A DNA stretch of 64,000 bases. It comes from Bythopirellula sp. GTDB lineage: Bacteria > Planctomycetota > Planctomycetia > Pirellulales > Lacipirellulaceae. Where the stretch lies: the NCBI GenBank assembly GCA_965216565.1, contig OZ244170.1, positions 4,768,001 to 4,832,000 of the forward strand, read 5' to 3'. This document shows, piece by piece, positions 10,368 to 19,637 of the stretch. The position numbers and the translations under genes are program-made. The notes under the pieces were generated by a model. It searched no databases, was not told the origin of the DNA, and was given only the letters and a program-made list of their open reading frames with translations. How positions within the stretch are numbered: the first letter of the stretch is position 1; every line of letters starts with the position of its first letter.

Positions 10368-11306
10368 ATGGATTTATCAGGCTCTCCGCAAGCAGGTGCA
10401 TTTCAAACGGGTGAAGAGATTCGGGATCTCGACGATACCGAAGCGACCTATGCGTGGGTAGTATTCGGTGCGTTAGTGGCGCTGCTGGTCTACTGCTACC
10501 TTAATATGCTCTCGTATACGGCGGTTTCTTGGAAGAATCCGCTTTACTCGCATGGTTATTTGGTACCCGCGTTTGCGGGATTCCTGTTTTATGTTCGCTT
10601 TAAACCGTTAAAGAACATCGAGGTTAGCGAACGGTGGATTGGCGTTGCCATTATTGTGGTTAGTCTCGGAGTTCGCCTTTGGGCTTCGAACTACGATTTC
10701 AACCCCTTCGACCGCTTGAGCTTTGTGGCCGCATTGATCGGTGTCTGTCAGTTGGTCGGTGGAACCTCAATGGTGAGTTGGGCATGGCCGGCCGTGGCTT
10801 TCTTGCTATTTATGTTTCCGATGCCTTCGGTCGTCGAGCACTCGGTCTTGTTGTTCCTGCAAAAGTTGGCTGCGATAACCAGCACTTGGGTTTTGCAATT
10901 GCTAGGCGCACCCGCTTTGAGAGATGGGAATCGCATCATGATCGATCGAGTCCCCTTAGAGGTAGCGGATGCTTGTAGTGGTTTACGGATGAGTACCATC
11001 TTTGGTGCGATGTCGTTTGCGATGGCGGTTTTGATCAAACGACCCTGGTGGGATCGATTTGTGATCCTGCTCAGTGCTATTCCCATCGCCCTCGCGACTA
11101 ACGTAATCCGCATCACGATCACAGCCCTGATATTCATGATGTTTCCCGATAGCGATTTGATTCACCAAGCAGTTCACGACTGGGCGGGGCTGGCGATGAT
11201 GCCGATTGCCCTGGGCTTGTTGTGGATAGAGCTACAAATACTGGAACTGATTACTGTCCCGATTGAAATGGATGACTACGTGGCTTTTGGAACAGCTCAA
11301 GCCTAG
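10368..11306 (+). CDS. Exosortase/archaeosortase family protein
   Basis: Multi-TM protein with YSHGYLVP and the catalytic-triad motifs VADACSGLR (Cys), NVIRI (Arg) and HDWAG (His). Confidence 0.92.
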   Translation: MDLSGSPQAGAFQTGEEIRDLDDTEATYAWVVFGALVALLVYCYLNMLSYTAVSWKNPLYSHGYLVPAFAGFLFYVRFKPLKNIEVSERWIGVAIIVVSLGVRLWASNYDFNPFDRLSFVAALIGVCQLVGGTSMVSWAWPAVAFLLFMFPMPSVVEHSVLLFLQKLAAITSTWVLQLLGAPALRDGNRIMIDRVPLEVADACSGLRMSTIFGAMSFAMAVLIKRPWWDRFVILLSAIPIALATNVIRITITALIFMMFPDSDLIHQAVHDWAGLAMMPIALGLLWIELQILELITVPIEMDDYVAFGTAQA

Positions 11307-11698
11307 TGCTTTGGCATCATGGAAGAACCACAAAGCACTCGAATTCGACGGGCGCAGGTAATCTCTCACGGACGACGAGGCGTTGCAAGAATGCAACATC
11401 GAGGTTGAGGCTTTTCACCGTAATACGGAAAACCTCGGCCCTTTTATAGGCTGATATACGGCGCAGCAAGGCTGCTCGATCGTTTGGCCCACAACTTGCT
11501 TCGAATACGGCGTAGAGTGCCAGACTCATCGGTTCGATGGTGTTGTCTCAACAGTATCGCCGCCTGTGTACTCTAACCGTTGGCATTTGTGCCGAGAGAA
11601 GTCAGGCCTAATAGCCCGGGTGGATCCCCGACTAGGGAATTCAAGTTCGAGCTGTTAGTGCCAAGGCGTTATCCGATCGATTTAGACAGAGGTATTCG

Positions 11699-14122
11699 AT
11701 GACGAATCAAGATTCTGGTATAGGTCGCAGTGACGTAATGTATCCTGCTGTACTAAGTAATGGCGACGCATCCAATGCGATGGTCCCTGCCCAACCGTAT
11801 CCAGCGATGCCCATGCCTGGGTTTGGTGGCGCTGGACCCCGTGGGCCTGAGATTGTTACAGGTAGTATCAATCAAACTTGGTTCCTCAATTCACTCCGAC
11901 GAAAATGGCTGCCTGCGTTGCTGCTAGGTTCACTGGCATCGCTGTGCATGTTCGGCTTTCTTTGGTGGTTGTTCCCCGAGTCTTCCTCAGTGACTGCCTA
12001 CCTGCGTGTGAAGGCCGTTGAGCCGGAAACACTGTTCGACCAAAAGAAGGTCATCAACCCCAAAGAGTACGAGATCTTCCAGCAAACGCAGTTGGCGTTG
12101 TTCAAATCGCACTTTGTGTTGAATGCCGCTTTAAACCGCAGCGAGATCTCTCAGCTCGATGCGGTTGTAAAAGAACAGCCCTACGAGCTGAAATGGCTTT
12201 CCGACGAAATTCGCGTCTCCTTCCCCGGTGAAGGTGAAATTATGGAGGTTCGCTTCGATGGCGAAGAGGACCCCGAGGAGATTATGAAGATCGTCGACGC
12301 GGTTATCGAATCTTACACTTTCGAAGTGATTCACAAGGAGCGTACACGCTCCAGCGAAACACGCGAGAGCATGGAAAAGCTGCACAAACAGTTGAAGGAA
12401 GAGTTGGAAGAGAAGCACGATCGCTACTTGACGTTGTCCAAAGAGTTGGATTCCTCGACAGGTGCCACCGAAAGTGCCGTGCTGAGTATGTTGGCCAGCG
12501 ATGTGCGTATGATCCAACAGCAGATCATCGAGAAGAAGCAAGAGCTGATTGACTTGGAAGTCACCAAACAGTTGGCCGCTCAAAATGCTAACAGCCCGAC
12601 GGCTTTGGAAGCTGCCATTCAGGAACAGTTGGATCAAGATCCTATGTTTCAGAATTTCCAGCAGGAAGAATATGCATACACCCAGCAGCTAATGCAGCTT
12701 CAGGCGATCACCAAAGGTAATCGCAAGTCGCCCGAGCTCAAGCGTCTGCAATCTCAGTTGAGCTCTCTACGGTCGCAAATTCAGGAGTACCGTATTACGA
12801 AAACAGCCGAGCTTCGTGATCGGCTCAAGAATGCTCCGAACGAGATGCTGCAAAGCGTGATGATGGAGTACATGCTACGTCGGCAGTCCGTCGGCAACGA
12901 TATCGCTGAGCTCGAAGCGAAGTACGAAGACAAGATGGCCGAAGTAGAACGAAAAGGCCAAACCTCCGGTAAGCTCGCGATCTTGAATACGGAAATTGAG
13001 CAGCTTTCGGAAGTAGCCCAGACTATGGAATTGAAGATTCGTGGCTGGTCACTCGACGAAAAAGCTGGCCAAGACCGTGTACGGATTCTTCAAAAGGCAA
13101 CGCCTCAGGAGAAGATCAACACCATCGAGCGATACACCATCGTCACGATCGGTGCTCTGACAGCCTTCTGTGTCACTTGTTTCGGAATCGCTTTGTTAGA
13201 ATTCCAACGTCGCCGGCTTAATGGCCCGACCGACATCGATGAAGGCTTAGGAATTCGCGTTCTTGGTGTCCTGCCATCGGTTTCATCGCGGAAAGCGATG
13301 GTGCCAGGCAGCCCGATTGCAGCTCAGCTCTCTGAGTCGATCGACAGCGTCCGAGCCGCATTGATGCATGATTCCACATTTCAGGCACGGCAAGTGGTAC
13401 TGATCACTAGCCCGGCTTCGATGGAAGGCTGCACAACAGTCGCTAGCCACTTGGCACTAAGTCTCACTCGGGCTGGCCGTCGGACTTTGCTGATTGATGG
13501 TGACTTGCGAGAGCCGGCTCTGCATAAGCTCTTCGGCATGCCATTGGAAGATGGTGTGAGTGAAGTCTTGCGTTCGGATATTGATGTAACGGACGCCATT
13601 CGGCCCACGAGCACCGAAGGCCTATGGCTGATGACCGCTGGTCAGTGCGATATGGGTGCTATCCACGCATTGGCGACGGAACAACTGCAGCCGATTTTCG
13701 AGAAGCTACGTGCTGAGTTCGATTTTGTGATTATCGATGGTGCCCCGCTACTGGGTATGTCCGATTCGATATCGATCGGCCAGCATGTTGACGGAGCGAT
13801 CTTGACGCTACTCCGCGATCAGACCGAGATTCGCAAAGTGCTTCAATCCTCCGAGTTACTGAAAGCGATGGGTATCCGACTCTTCGGAGCGGTTGTCAAC
13901 GGCGTGCGACAAAAGGCGGACCGCCGCGTGGCTCGTCTGCATCGTTCCGCAGCCAGACCCCCTCGTCCGCAGCTTCCAGAAAAGGCCGAGACTCCGGCTA
14001 AAGCTCAGCAACCTGTAGCGGCTCGCACTCCAGCAGCCCCTCAGCAACCTGAGGTCAGCGATGAGCTGGAAATTGATGTGTCGGACATCGAAGAAATCGA
14101 CGTAAAAGATTTCGAACTGTAG
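11699..14122 (+). CDS. Polysaccharide co-polymerase / Wzc-type tyrosine autokinase homolog with a degenerate kinase domain
   Basis: Two TM helices flank a periplasmic coiled coil. The C-terminal CpsD/CapB-like domain has LLIDGDLR and VIIDGAP, but Walker A reads EGCTT. Confidence 0.9.
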   Translation: MTNQDSGIGRSDVMYPAVLSNGDASNAMVPAQPYPAMPMPGFGGAGPRGPEIVTGSINQTWFLNSLRRKWLPALLLGSLASLCMFGFLWWLFPESSSVTAYLRVKAVEPETLFDQKKVINPKEYEIFQQTQLALFKSHFVLNAALNRSEISQLDAVVKEQPYELKWLSDEIRVSFPGEGEIMEVRFDGEEDPEEIMKIVDAVIESYTFEVIHKERTRSSETRESMEKLHKQLKEELEEKHDRYLTLSKELDSSTGATESAVLSMLASDVRMIQQQIIEKKQELIDLEVTKQLAAQNANSPTALEAAIQEQLDQDPMFQNFQQEEYAYTQQLMQLQAITKGNRKSPELKRLQSQLSSLRSQIQEYRITKTAELRDRLKNAPNEMLQSVMMEYMLRRQSVGNDIAELEAKYEDKMAEVERKGQTSGKLAILNTEIEQLSEVAQTMELKIRGWSLDEKAGQDRVRILQKATPQEKINTIERYTIVTIGALTAFCVTCFGIALLEFQRRRLNGPTDIDEGLGIRVLGVLPSVSSRKAMVPGSPIAAQLSESIDSVRAALMHDSTFQARQVVLITSPASMEGCTTVASHLALSLTRAGRRTLLIDGDLREPALHKLFGMPLEDGVSEVLRSDIDVTDAIRPTSTEGLWLMTAGQCDMGAIHALATEQLQPIFEKLRAEFDFVIIDGAPLLGMSDSISIGQHVDGAILTLLRDQTEIRKVLQSSELLKAMGIRLFGAVVNGVRQKADRRVARLHRSAARPPRPQLPEKAETPAKAQQPVAARTPAAPQQPEVSDELEIDVSDIEEIDVKDFEL

Positions 14123-14155
14123 TCCGTTTCACGAGCAATACTTCGTAGCAATTCC

Positions 14156-14189
14156 AAGCACCGAGCCATTTTGGCTCGGTGCTTTTTTT
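14156..14189 (+). terminator. Rho-independent terminator after the wzc-like gene
   Basis: AAGCACCGAGCCA-ttt-TGGCTCGGTGCTT followed by a T run. Confidence 0.9.
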
Positions 14190-14329
14190 GCTTCTAGCGG
14201 AAGCCTGGACTGTTTCTGGTCCTGACAGGGCTCCGCCAAGAAAACTGAACGGCTAGATAGCTTCCAGCCAAGCCACTACGATCAGGAGTGCTGCGACAAG
14301 TCCTTCGAAACGACTCGAGTCTCCCCGCC

Positions 14330-16633
14330 ATGCTGTACCAACTAGGGCACAAGATCCACGAATACCGCTGGCTGGTCATCGCAGCGTGGATTGTGGCAGT
14401 GGTGTTGCTCAAGCAATCTTCTCCTCCCTGGGGAGAAGTTGCCATGGATGGCGACCTGGAATATTTGCCGTCTCATACGACAACCGTCCAGGCAGCCCAA
14501 CTCATTACTCAGGCTTTTCCCCGCGACAATAGCAAGAGCCAAATCGTCCTGGTGTTTGCGCGCGATTCGCAACCGTTGACTCCTGAAGATCGTCAGTTCG
14601 CACTCGATATCGGTCGGGCAATCGAAGAGATCCCCGATATCGGAGTGGTCGACGTTTGGACGGAAAAAACTCCTGTCGTCGGTAACCAGCTACCTAGCCA
14701 AGATGGTCGCGCGGTACGGATTGTCGTTCGGCTATCCAACGAATTTATGGCGACCGACAACATTCGTGTATTGGACAAGGTTGAACAAGTTGTCGAACAG
14801 CAGAGGGAACAGGCGCCTGCAGGGGTGCGAGTTGGCATCACCGGCTCCGCCGCCATCGGGGGCGATATGCTTACCGCCGCGGCGCAGAGCGTTTCCAGTA
14901 CGCATTACACGACGATAGCTTTGGTGACCATCGCTCTGCTGCTCATCTATCGCTCGGCCTGGTTGGCTTTGGTGCCGTTGTTGACGATTGGAATAGCTGC
15001 CACGGCATCGTTGAATTTGCTCGCCCTCGTGGCTAGTCTATCGCAAAGTGCGCCCGACTTTCTGCCAATCGTCCGCGTGTTTACGACCACTAAGATTTTT
15101 GTCATCGTCTTGCTCTTTGGCGCGGGAACAGACTACTGCTTGTTTCTGACCGCCAGATATCGGGAATTGCGTTCCCAGGGATTGGACCAATCTCAAGCCA
15201 TTGCGTCGGCAGTATCAGGCGTGGGGATCGCCTTGCTGGCAAGTGCCCTAACAACCATCGTTGGTTTGGCCATGATGGGCTTTGCCGAGTTTGGAAAGTT
15301 CACCTACAGTGGCCCGGCGATTGCCATTTGTCTCGCCATTACGCTGTTGGCTTGTTTGACCCTGGTTCCGGCTTTGCTCTCGACTCGCCTCGGCACAGCG
15401 GTGGCTGGCCAAGGTATGGGGGAAATGCCGGGTCGCTGGCAAAGTGTGTGGGAACGACTAGCCGATTTCATTATGCGACAGCCGCGGAAGATTCTGTTAA
15501 TTAGTTTCCTCGTCGCTGCGCCGTTGGCCATCTATGGCAACACGGTAGATGTGACTTACGATTTGCTCGGTGAACTTGACCCCTCCCGAGTCAGTCGCCG
15601 AGGAACGGCCCTGCTGCAGCGCCACTTTCCCGAAGGAGAAATTGGTCCTTTGGTGGTCCTGGCTCATAGTGCGCAGGGCGATCTCGATTCCAAGGAGGGG
15701 CAATTCCGTATCGCTGAATTGGTGAAGCCTCTGGATGATTTGCCAGAGATCGCGCAAGTTCGCAGCCTCTACCGTCCAACAGGCAAAGCGCCAGGAGCCG
15801 TGAGCGTATTTTCTGCCGAGGGAATCCAATTGCTTGCCGCGCAAGGCAGTCCACTCACGAAAGCGGCGTTCGTCTCGCAAGAAGGTCCGTACTCCGGTCG
15901 CGTCACTCGGCTGTTCCTGGTCCCCAAAGCCGCTCCTTTTTCGCAGGAAGCGATGCGGGTGTGCGATCGAGTTGAAGAAGTACTCGAAAGTCTCAGCCAG
16001 GATCCCGATTCGCCCTGGCATGGAGCCGAATTCGAACTGGCGGGCACCTCGGCCGGTTTGCGTGATTTGCGAAATGTGACTGTCGCCGATCGTAAGCTCA
16101 TCCAGATATTGGTGGCGGGAGCTGTGTTTCTGGTGATCCTCGTGCTACTTAAACGGCCACTCGTCTGTGTCTATCTGATCTTTACTGTCCTGCTGAGCTA
16201 CTTTGTCACCATGGGAATTGCGGGGCTTGTGTTCGAATTCTTGCGAGGACCGGCCTATGTGGGACTCGACTGGAAAGTACCCCTGTTCTTGTTTGTCATC
16301 CTGGTGGCAGTCGGGCAAGATTACAATATTTATCTGGTAAGCCGAGTTCTGGAAGAACAAGACCGACATGGGCTCCGTGACGGACTGCGCAGAGCGATTG
16401 TTCAGACGGGCGGCATTATCACCAGTTGCGGTATCATCATGGCAGGTACTTTTGTTTCCATGACGACTGCCGAATTACACGGGATGGTGGAACTGGGGTT
16501 TGCTCTGTCGCTGGGGATTCTGCTCGATACGTTTATCGTGCGCACGATTTTAGTGCCCGCTTTTCTAAGCCTATTGGTGCCAGGCTCAGCGAGCCCTGAT
16601 GCCGAGAGTTCTACGGCAAATGTTAAGGCGTAA
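14330..16633 (+). CDS. MMPL family (RND superfamily) transporter
   Basis: Two repeats with GITGSAAI, GAGTDYCLFL, VAVGQDYNIYLVSR and LLDTFIVRTILVPA. Alternative GTG start at 14288. Confidence 0.92.
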   Translation: MLYQLGHKIHEYRWLVIAAWIVAVVLLKQSSPPWGEVAMDGDLEYLPSHTTTVQAAQLITQAFPRDNSKSQIVLVFARDSQPLTPEDRQFALDIGRAIEEIPDIGVVDVWTEKTPVVGNQLPSQDGRAVRIVVRLSNEFMATDNIRVLDKVEQVVEQQREQAPAGVRVGITGSAAIGGDMLTAAAQSVSSTHYTTIALVTIALLLIYRSAWLALVPLLTIGIAATASLNLLALVASLSQSAPDFLPIVRVFTTTKIFVIVLLFGAGTDYCLFLTARYRELRSQGLDQSQAIASAVSGVGIALLASALTTIVGLAMMGFAEFGKFTYSGPAIAICLAITLLACLTLVPALLSTRLGTAVAGQGMGEMPGRWQSVWERLADFIMRQPRKILLISFLVAAPLAIYGNTVDVTYDLLGELDPSRVSRRGTALLQRHFPEGEIGPLVVLAHSAQGDLDSKEGQFRIAELVKPLDDLPEIAQVRSLYRPTGKAPGAVSVFSAEGIQLLAAQGSPLTKAAFVSQEGPYSGRVTRLFLVPKAAPFSQEAMRVCDRVEEVLESLSQDPDSPWHGAEFELAGTSAGLRDLRNVTVADRKLIQILVAGAVFLVILVLLKRPLVCVYLIFTVLLSYFVTMGIAGLVFEFLRGPAYVGLDWKVPLFLFVILVAVGQDYNIYLVSRVLEEQDRHGLRDGLRRAIVQTGGIITSCGIIMAGTFVSMTTAELHGMVELGFALSLGILLDTFIVRTILVPAFLSLLVPGSASPDAESSTANVKA

Positions 16634-16988
16634 CGCGCTTGTCGATTGTCTCGCGCGGTGCTTAGAGAAACTGATGATTCCTCATGGATTTGGCCGTCGT
16701 TCTTGCGTGGCATCGGGTATTGTTGTTTTGTTCAGCAAGTGATTCCACCTGTTGAAGACTCATGCAAAAAGCACTTATCACTATTCGGTCCAGCAAGAGT
16801 TCCTCAGCAGAATCGAGCTGGGCACTTCGTCTTCGAACAGCATCCGACGCGACTTCTCGACTCAGACGATCACTTTCGCACATGAACCTGCCCCTGCGGC
16901 ACGTGTCACCTAGTGTAGAAGCAGATGCGCTGCGCCGGCCCTTGGGTCACGCAGCCAGTCATAGACAAGTGATACGAGGAGAATGCGG

Positions 16989-17396
16989 ATGACCACCAAT
17001 AACGACAACTGGCTGGGGCAGCACGCGATGCCGATGAATAAGCCTAACTCGAATAGACGTGCTCAGCTGTCGAATAAGCTGAATAACTTTATTCAGCAAG
17101 GCATAGCCAACGAATCAAACGATCAAGCCCAAACCGTCGCGGCCAATCTCACGCCGCTAGACGACCGAGGACAACTGGGCAAATCGGCACAGATAGAAGT
17201 CAGTCACTTCGATGGAAGAGAAATTTCATTTCACCACCCTCTTCCACTCGCTTCCCGGCGGGCCTTTGTTTCCATCGAAGACGAACGGTTTGGCAGCTGG
17301 GAAGCGCTAGTGGAGCTTGGCTGGTGTCGCTTCAATCGCATGGGAAATTATACAAGCGGAGGTCGGTTCGTTCGGCCAGCCGCTAAGACAGCCTAG
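16989..17396 (+). CDS. Small hypothetical protein, possibly a PilZ-like beta-barrel
   Basis: RBS GAGGAG upstream. The C-terminal ISFHH..L.WCRF..GNYTSGGRF pattern resembles planctomycete PilZ-like proteins. Confidence 0.65.
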   Translation: MTTNNDNWLGQHAMPMNKPNSNRRAQLSNKLNNFIQQGIANESNDQAQTVAANLTPLDDRGQLGKSAQIEVSHFDGREISFHHPLPLASRRAFVSIEDERFGSWEALVELGWCRFNRMGNYTSGGRFVRPAAKTA

Positions 17397-17456
17397 TATG
17401 CAATCGGTCCGCGCGAGTGCGTCGCTCACGCGGGTCGGGTTTCTCCTCCCTCCCTA

Positions 17457-17492
17457 AGCGGCGGCCGCCTTCGGGCGGCCTCGCTGTTTATT
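17457..17492 (+). terminator. GC-rich hairpin with a cUUCGg tetraloop, probable terminator
   Basis: GGCCGCC-TTCG-GGCGGCC, extended by AGCG/CGCT and followed by GTTTATT. Confidence 0.65.
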
Positions 17493-17664
17493 CTGCTTCC
17501 TCAAATTGCGACCCCATTCTATTGGGACACTACCCTTCGAGGAAAAACTTGACCTCGTTTCTTGAGGTCTGCTAGTCTACAGCTTTCCAGGGTGGCAGTG
17601 TTCGGAACCATTGCCGTCCAATTTCTACGTGTCTCTCTAGGCTAGTGAATATGAGGAGAGAAGA

Positions 17665-18693
17665 ATGTCAAAGATTCAGGTAGTTGTCTGTAGTTCGATG
17701 GTGGTACTCTGGGGCTTTGGGTTTTCTGGTGAGGTCAGATCACAGGACCGTTTGGGAGAGTTCGTCTCAGAGTCCAGGCCGCCGACGGAACTTACAGTAG
17801 AAGATCGCATCGAATCGGTACTCGACGCTCAATTGAAATCGCCACTAGATTTCACAGAGCTGCCACTGAAAGAAATCCTCAGCATTTTGCAAGAGGATTA
17901 TGACATTCCGATCATCCTGGACCTAGCAGCACTAGATGAATTGGCGATTTCGCCGGATACAGAAACAACGATTAACTTCAGGAATATTTCGCTGAGGAAC
18001 GCTCTGGATCTGTTGCTGCGACAACCGGGCTTGGAAGACTTAACGTTCTATATTAATCACGAAGTAGTATTGGTAACCACCAAAGATCAAGCCAACAGCT
18101 TCCTAACAACAAAAGTGTATCGAGTAGACGATCTGGGCGTTTATTTGCCCGTGCCCAAGGGAGCAAGTGCTTGGACCGCCTATAGCCCACTCATGGACAC
18201 GGCCACTAGTTGTGTTGAGAAATCGAGTTGGCAGGAGAATGGTAAGGGAGATGGCGAAATCCAGCTAGTGGCACCAGGTATTCTGGTGGTGAGTCAAACC
18301 CCGCGTGTTCATTCTGAGATCGAAAAGTTGTTTAAACGAATACGTAAGGTTCGCAACGAAATTTCCGCAAGTGCCGCGGACGAGGCTCAATCGAAGTTGG
18401 AAACCCAGGGCTTCCATGTCGACCAAGGTCTTGCCAAATTATCTGAGGAAGCGAAAAAGCTCATCGTGGCTTCTATAACCGAATCGGTCGATTGGAAAGA
18501 ACAGACCGAAGACAATGTATGGGTTCGTTTCGTAGGGAATCGGATCTTAGTCCGTCACCGGGCTGATGTCTTGCAGCAAGTTCAGGAAGTGATCGGTAAA
18601 ATGGGTTTAGCTGCTCCCCATGCATGTGTTGGAACTGGTGGCGGTGGATTCGGTGGCGGTGGATTCGGTGGAGGGGGAGGCGGTTTTTTCTAA
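17665..18693 (+). CDS. Secreted protein with secretin-N/STN-like domains and a Gly-rich GGGGF C-terminal tail
   Basis: RBS GAGGAG, signal peptide, LDFTELPLKEIL, ISLRNALDLLL, TKVYRVDDL and LVVSQTPRVH; ends in (GGGGF)n. Confidence 0.8.
   Translation: MSKIQVVVCSSMVVLWGFGFSGEVRSQDRLGEFVSESRPPTELTVEDRIESVLDAQLKSPLDFTELPLKEILSILQEDYDIPIILDLAALDELAISPDTETTINFRNISLRNALDLLLRQPGLEDLTFYINHEVVLVTTKDQANSFLTTKVYRVDDLGVYLPVPKGASAWTAYSPLMDTATSCVEKSSWQENGKGDGEIQLVAPGILVVSQTPRVHSEIEKLFKRIRKVRNEISASAADEAQSKLETQGFHVDQGLAKLSEEAKKLIVASITESVDWKEQTEDNVWVRFVGNRILVRHRADVLQQVQEVIGKMGLAAPHACVGTGGGGFGGGGFGGGGGGFF
18637..18690 (+). repeat. Coding tandem repeat (GGTGGCGGTGGATTC)x2 plus a degenerate third unit
   Basis: Read directly; encodes GGGGFGGGGFGGGGGGFF. 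Confidence 0.9.
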
Positions 18694-18749
18694 ATCGCCT
18701 TGCGGACTCACACCTTGCCCATTTTGACCATCAAAGCGATGATGGCGTG

Positions 18750-19637
18750 ATGAAGCTTGGTTCCACGTTGATTGTCGACACCTTTGCTGAAGCGTTCCGG
18801 ATGCGCTATGCGCGGCTGATTGTGACAGCGACGGACGATTACTGGCTCGACGCGGCACTGCGCGAGTTCACTGGCTATGGTTCGTCGGTCATAGGCTGCG
18901 ATTCGGAAGTGGGCATCGAGCATTATCTCGAGAGCGCGGAGAGCCCCGATGGTCGGCCAGGCGCCGCTGTGTTGGCTTTCGGTTTCTCGACGGATGCGTT
19001 GGGCAAGGCTGTTCCCAATCGGGTGGGGCAATGTTTGATGACTTGTCCCACCACCGCAGTCTACAACGGCTTGCCTGAATCTGAGGAGGCGCTTCCGCTG
19101 GGCAAGCATCTTCGCTACTTCGGCGATGGATTTCAAAAGAGTAAAGTCATCGACGAGCGCCGCTACTGGCGAGTGCCGGTGATGGATGGTGAGTTTGTCG
19201 TTGAAGAAACAGTGGGCGTGGCCAAGGGCGTGGCTGGAGGGAATATCATTATTCAAGGAACCTCCGCCGAAGGGGCACTTGCCGCCGCTCGCCGCGCGAC
19301 CGATGCCATCGCTCCGCTTCAGGGAGTAATCGCACCGTTCCCGGGCGGTGTGGTCCGCAGCGGAAGCAAAGTGGGATCGAAATACAAAGCGCTCGTCGCC
19401 TCGACCAACGATGCATTCTGCCCCAGTCTGCGCAGCCAGGTAGAAACAGAATTGGTGGAAGACGCTCAATGTGCCTATGAGATTGTGATTGATGGCACTA
19501 GCGAAGAGGCGGTGGCCAGCGCGATGCAGGTTGCGATCGAAGCCGCTGCGGGTGAGGGTGTGCCAGCCATTTCGGCAGGCAACTACGGGGGCAAGCTCGG
19601 TAAGTTTCATTTTCATTTGCGGGAGTTGGTTTCTTGA
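18750..19637 (+). CDS. fhcD: Formylmethanofuran--tetrahydromethanopterin N-formyltransferase (Ftr/FhcD)
   Basis: DTFAEAF, SVIGCDSE.GIE, SPDGRPG, RVGQCLMTCPTTAV, FGDGFQKS, PFPGGVVRSGSKVGS and SAGNYGGKLG. Confidence 0.96.
   Translation: MKLGSTLIVDTFAEAFRMRYARLIVTATDDYWLDAALREFTGYGSSVIGCDSEVGIEHYLESAESPDGRPGAAVLAFGFSTDALGKAVPNRVGQCLMTCPTTAVYNGLPESEEALPLGKHLRYFGDGFQKSKVIDERRYWRVPVMDGEFVVEETVGVAKGVAGGNIIIQGTSAEGALAAARRATDAIAPLQGVIAPFPGGVVRSGSKVGSKYKALVASTNDAFCPSLRSQVETELVEDAQCAYEIVIDGTSEEAVASAMQVAIEAAAGEGVPAISAGNYGGKLGKFHFHLRELVS

Noticed and set aside
16662..16883. 73-aa minus-strand ORF between MMPL and the PilZ-like gene
   Set aside because: No recognisable motif or clear RBS, so it cannot be supported.
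16883..16908. ECF-sigma-like promoter (GAAC-N17-GTCA), and a similar one near 10245-10273
   Set aside because: Motifs are too short and degenerate to call without TSS data.
18624..18749. Trp/Arg-rich N-terminal extension of fhcD (MCWNWWRWIRWRWIR) in the ORF track
   Set aside because: It is an off-frame reading of the upstream gene's Gly repeat; Ftr homology starts at the ATG at 18750.
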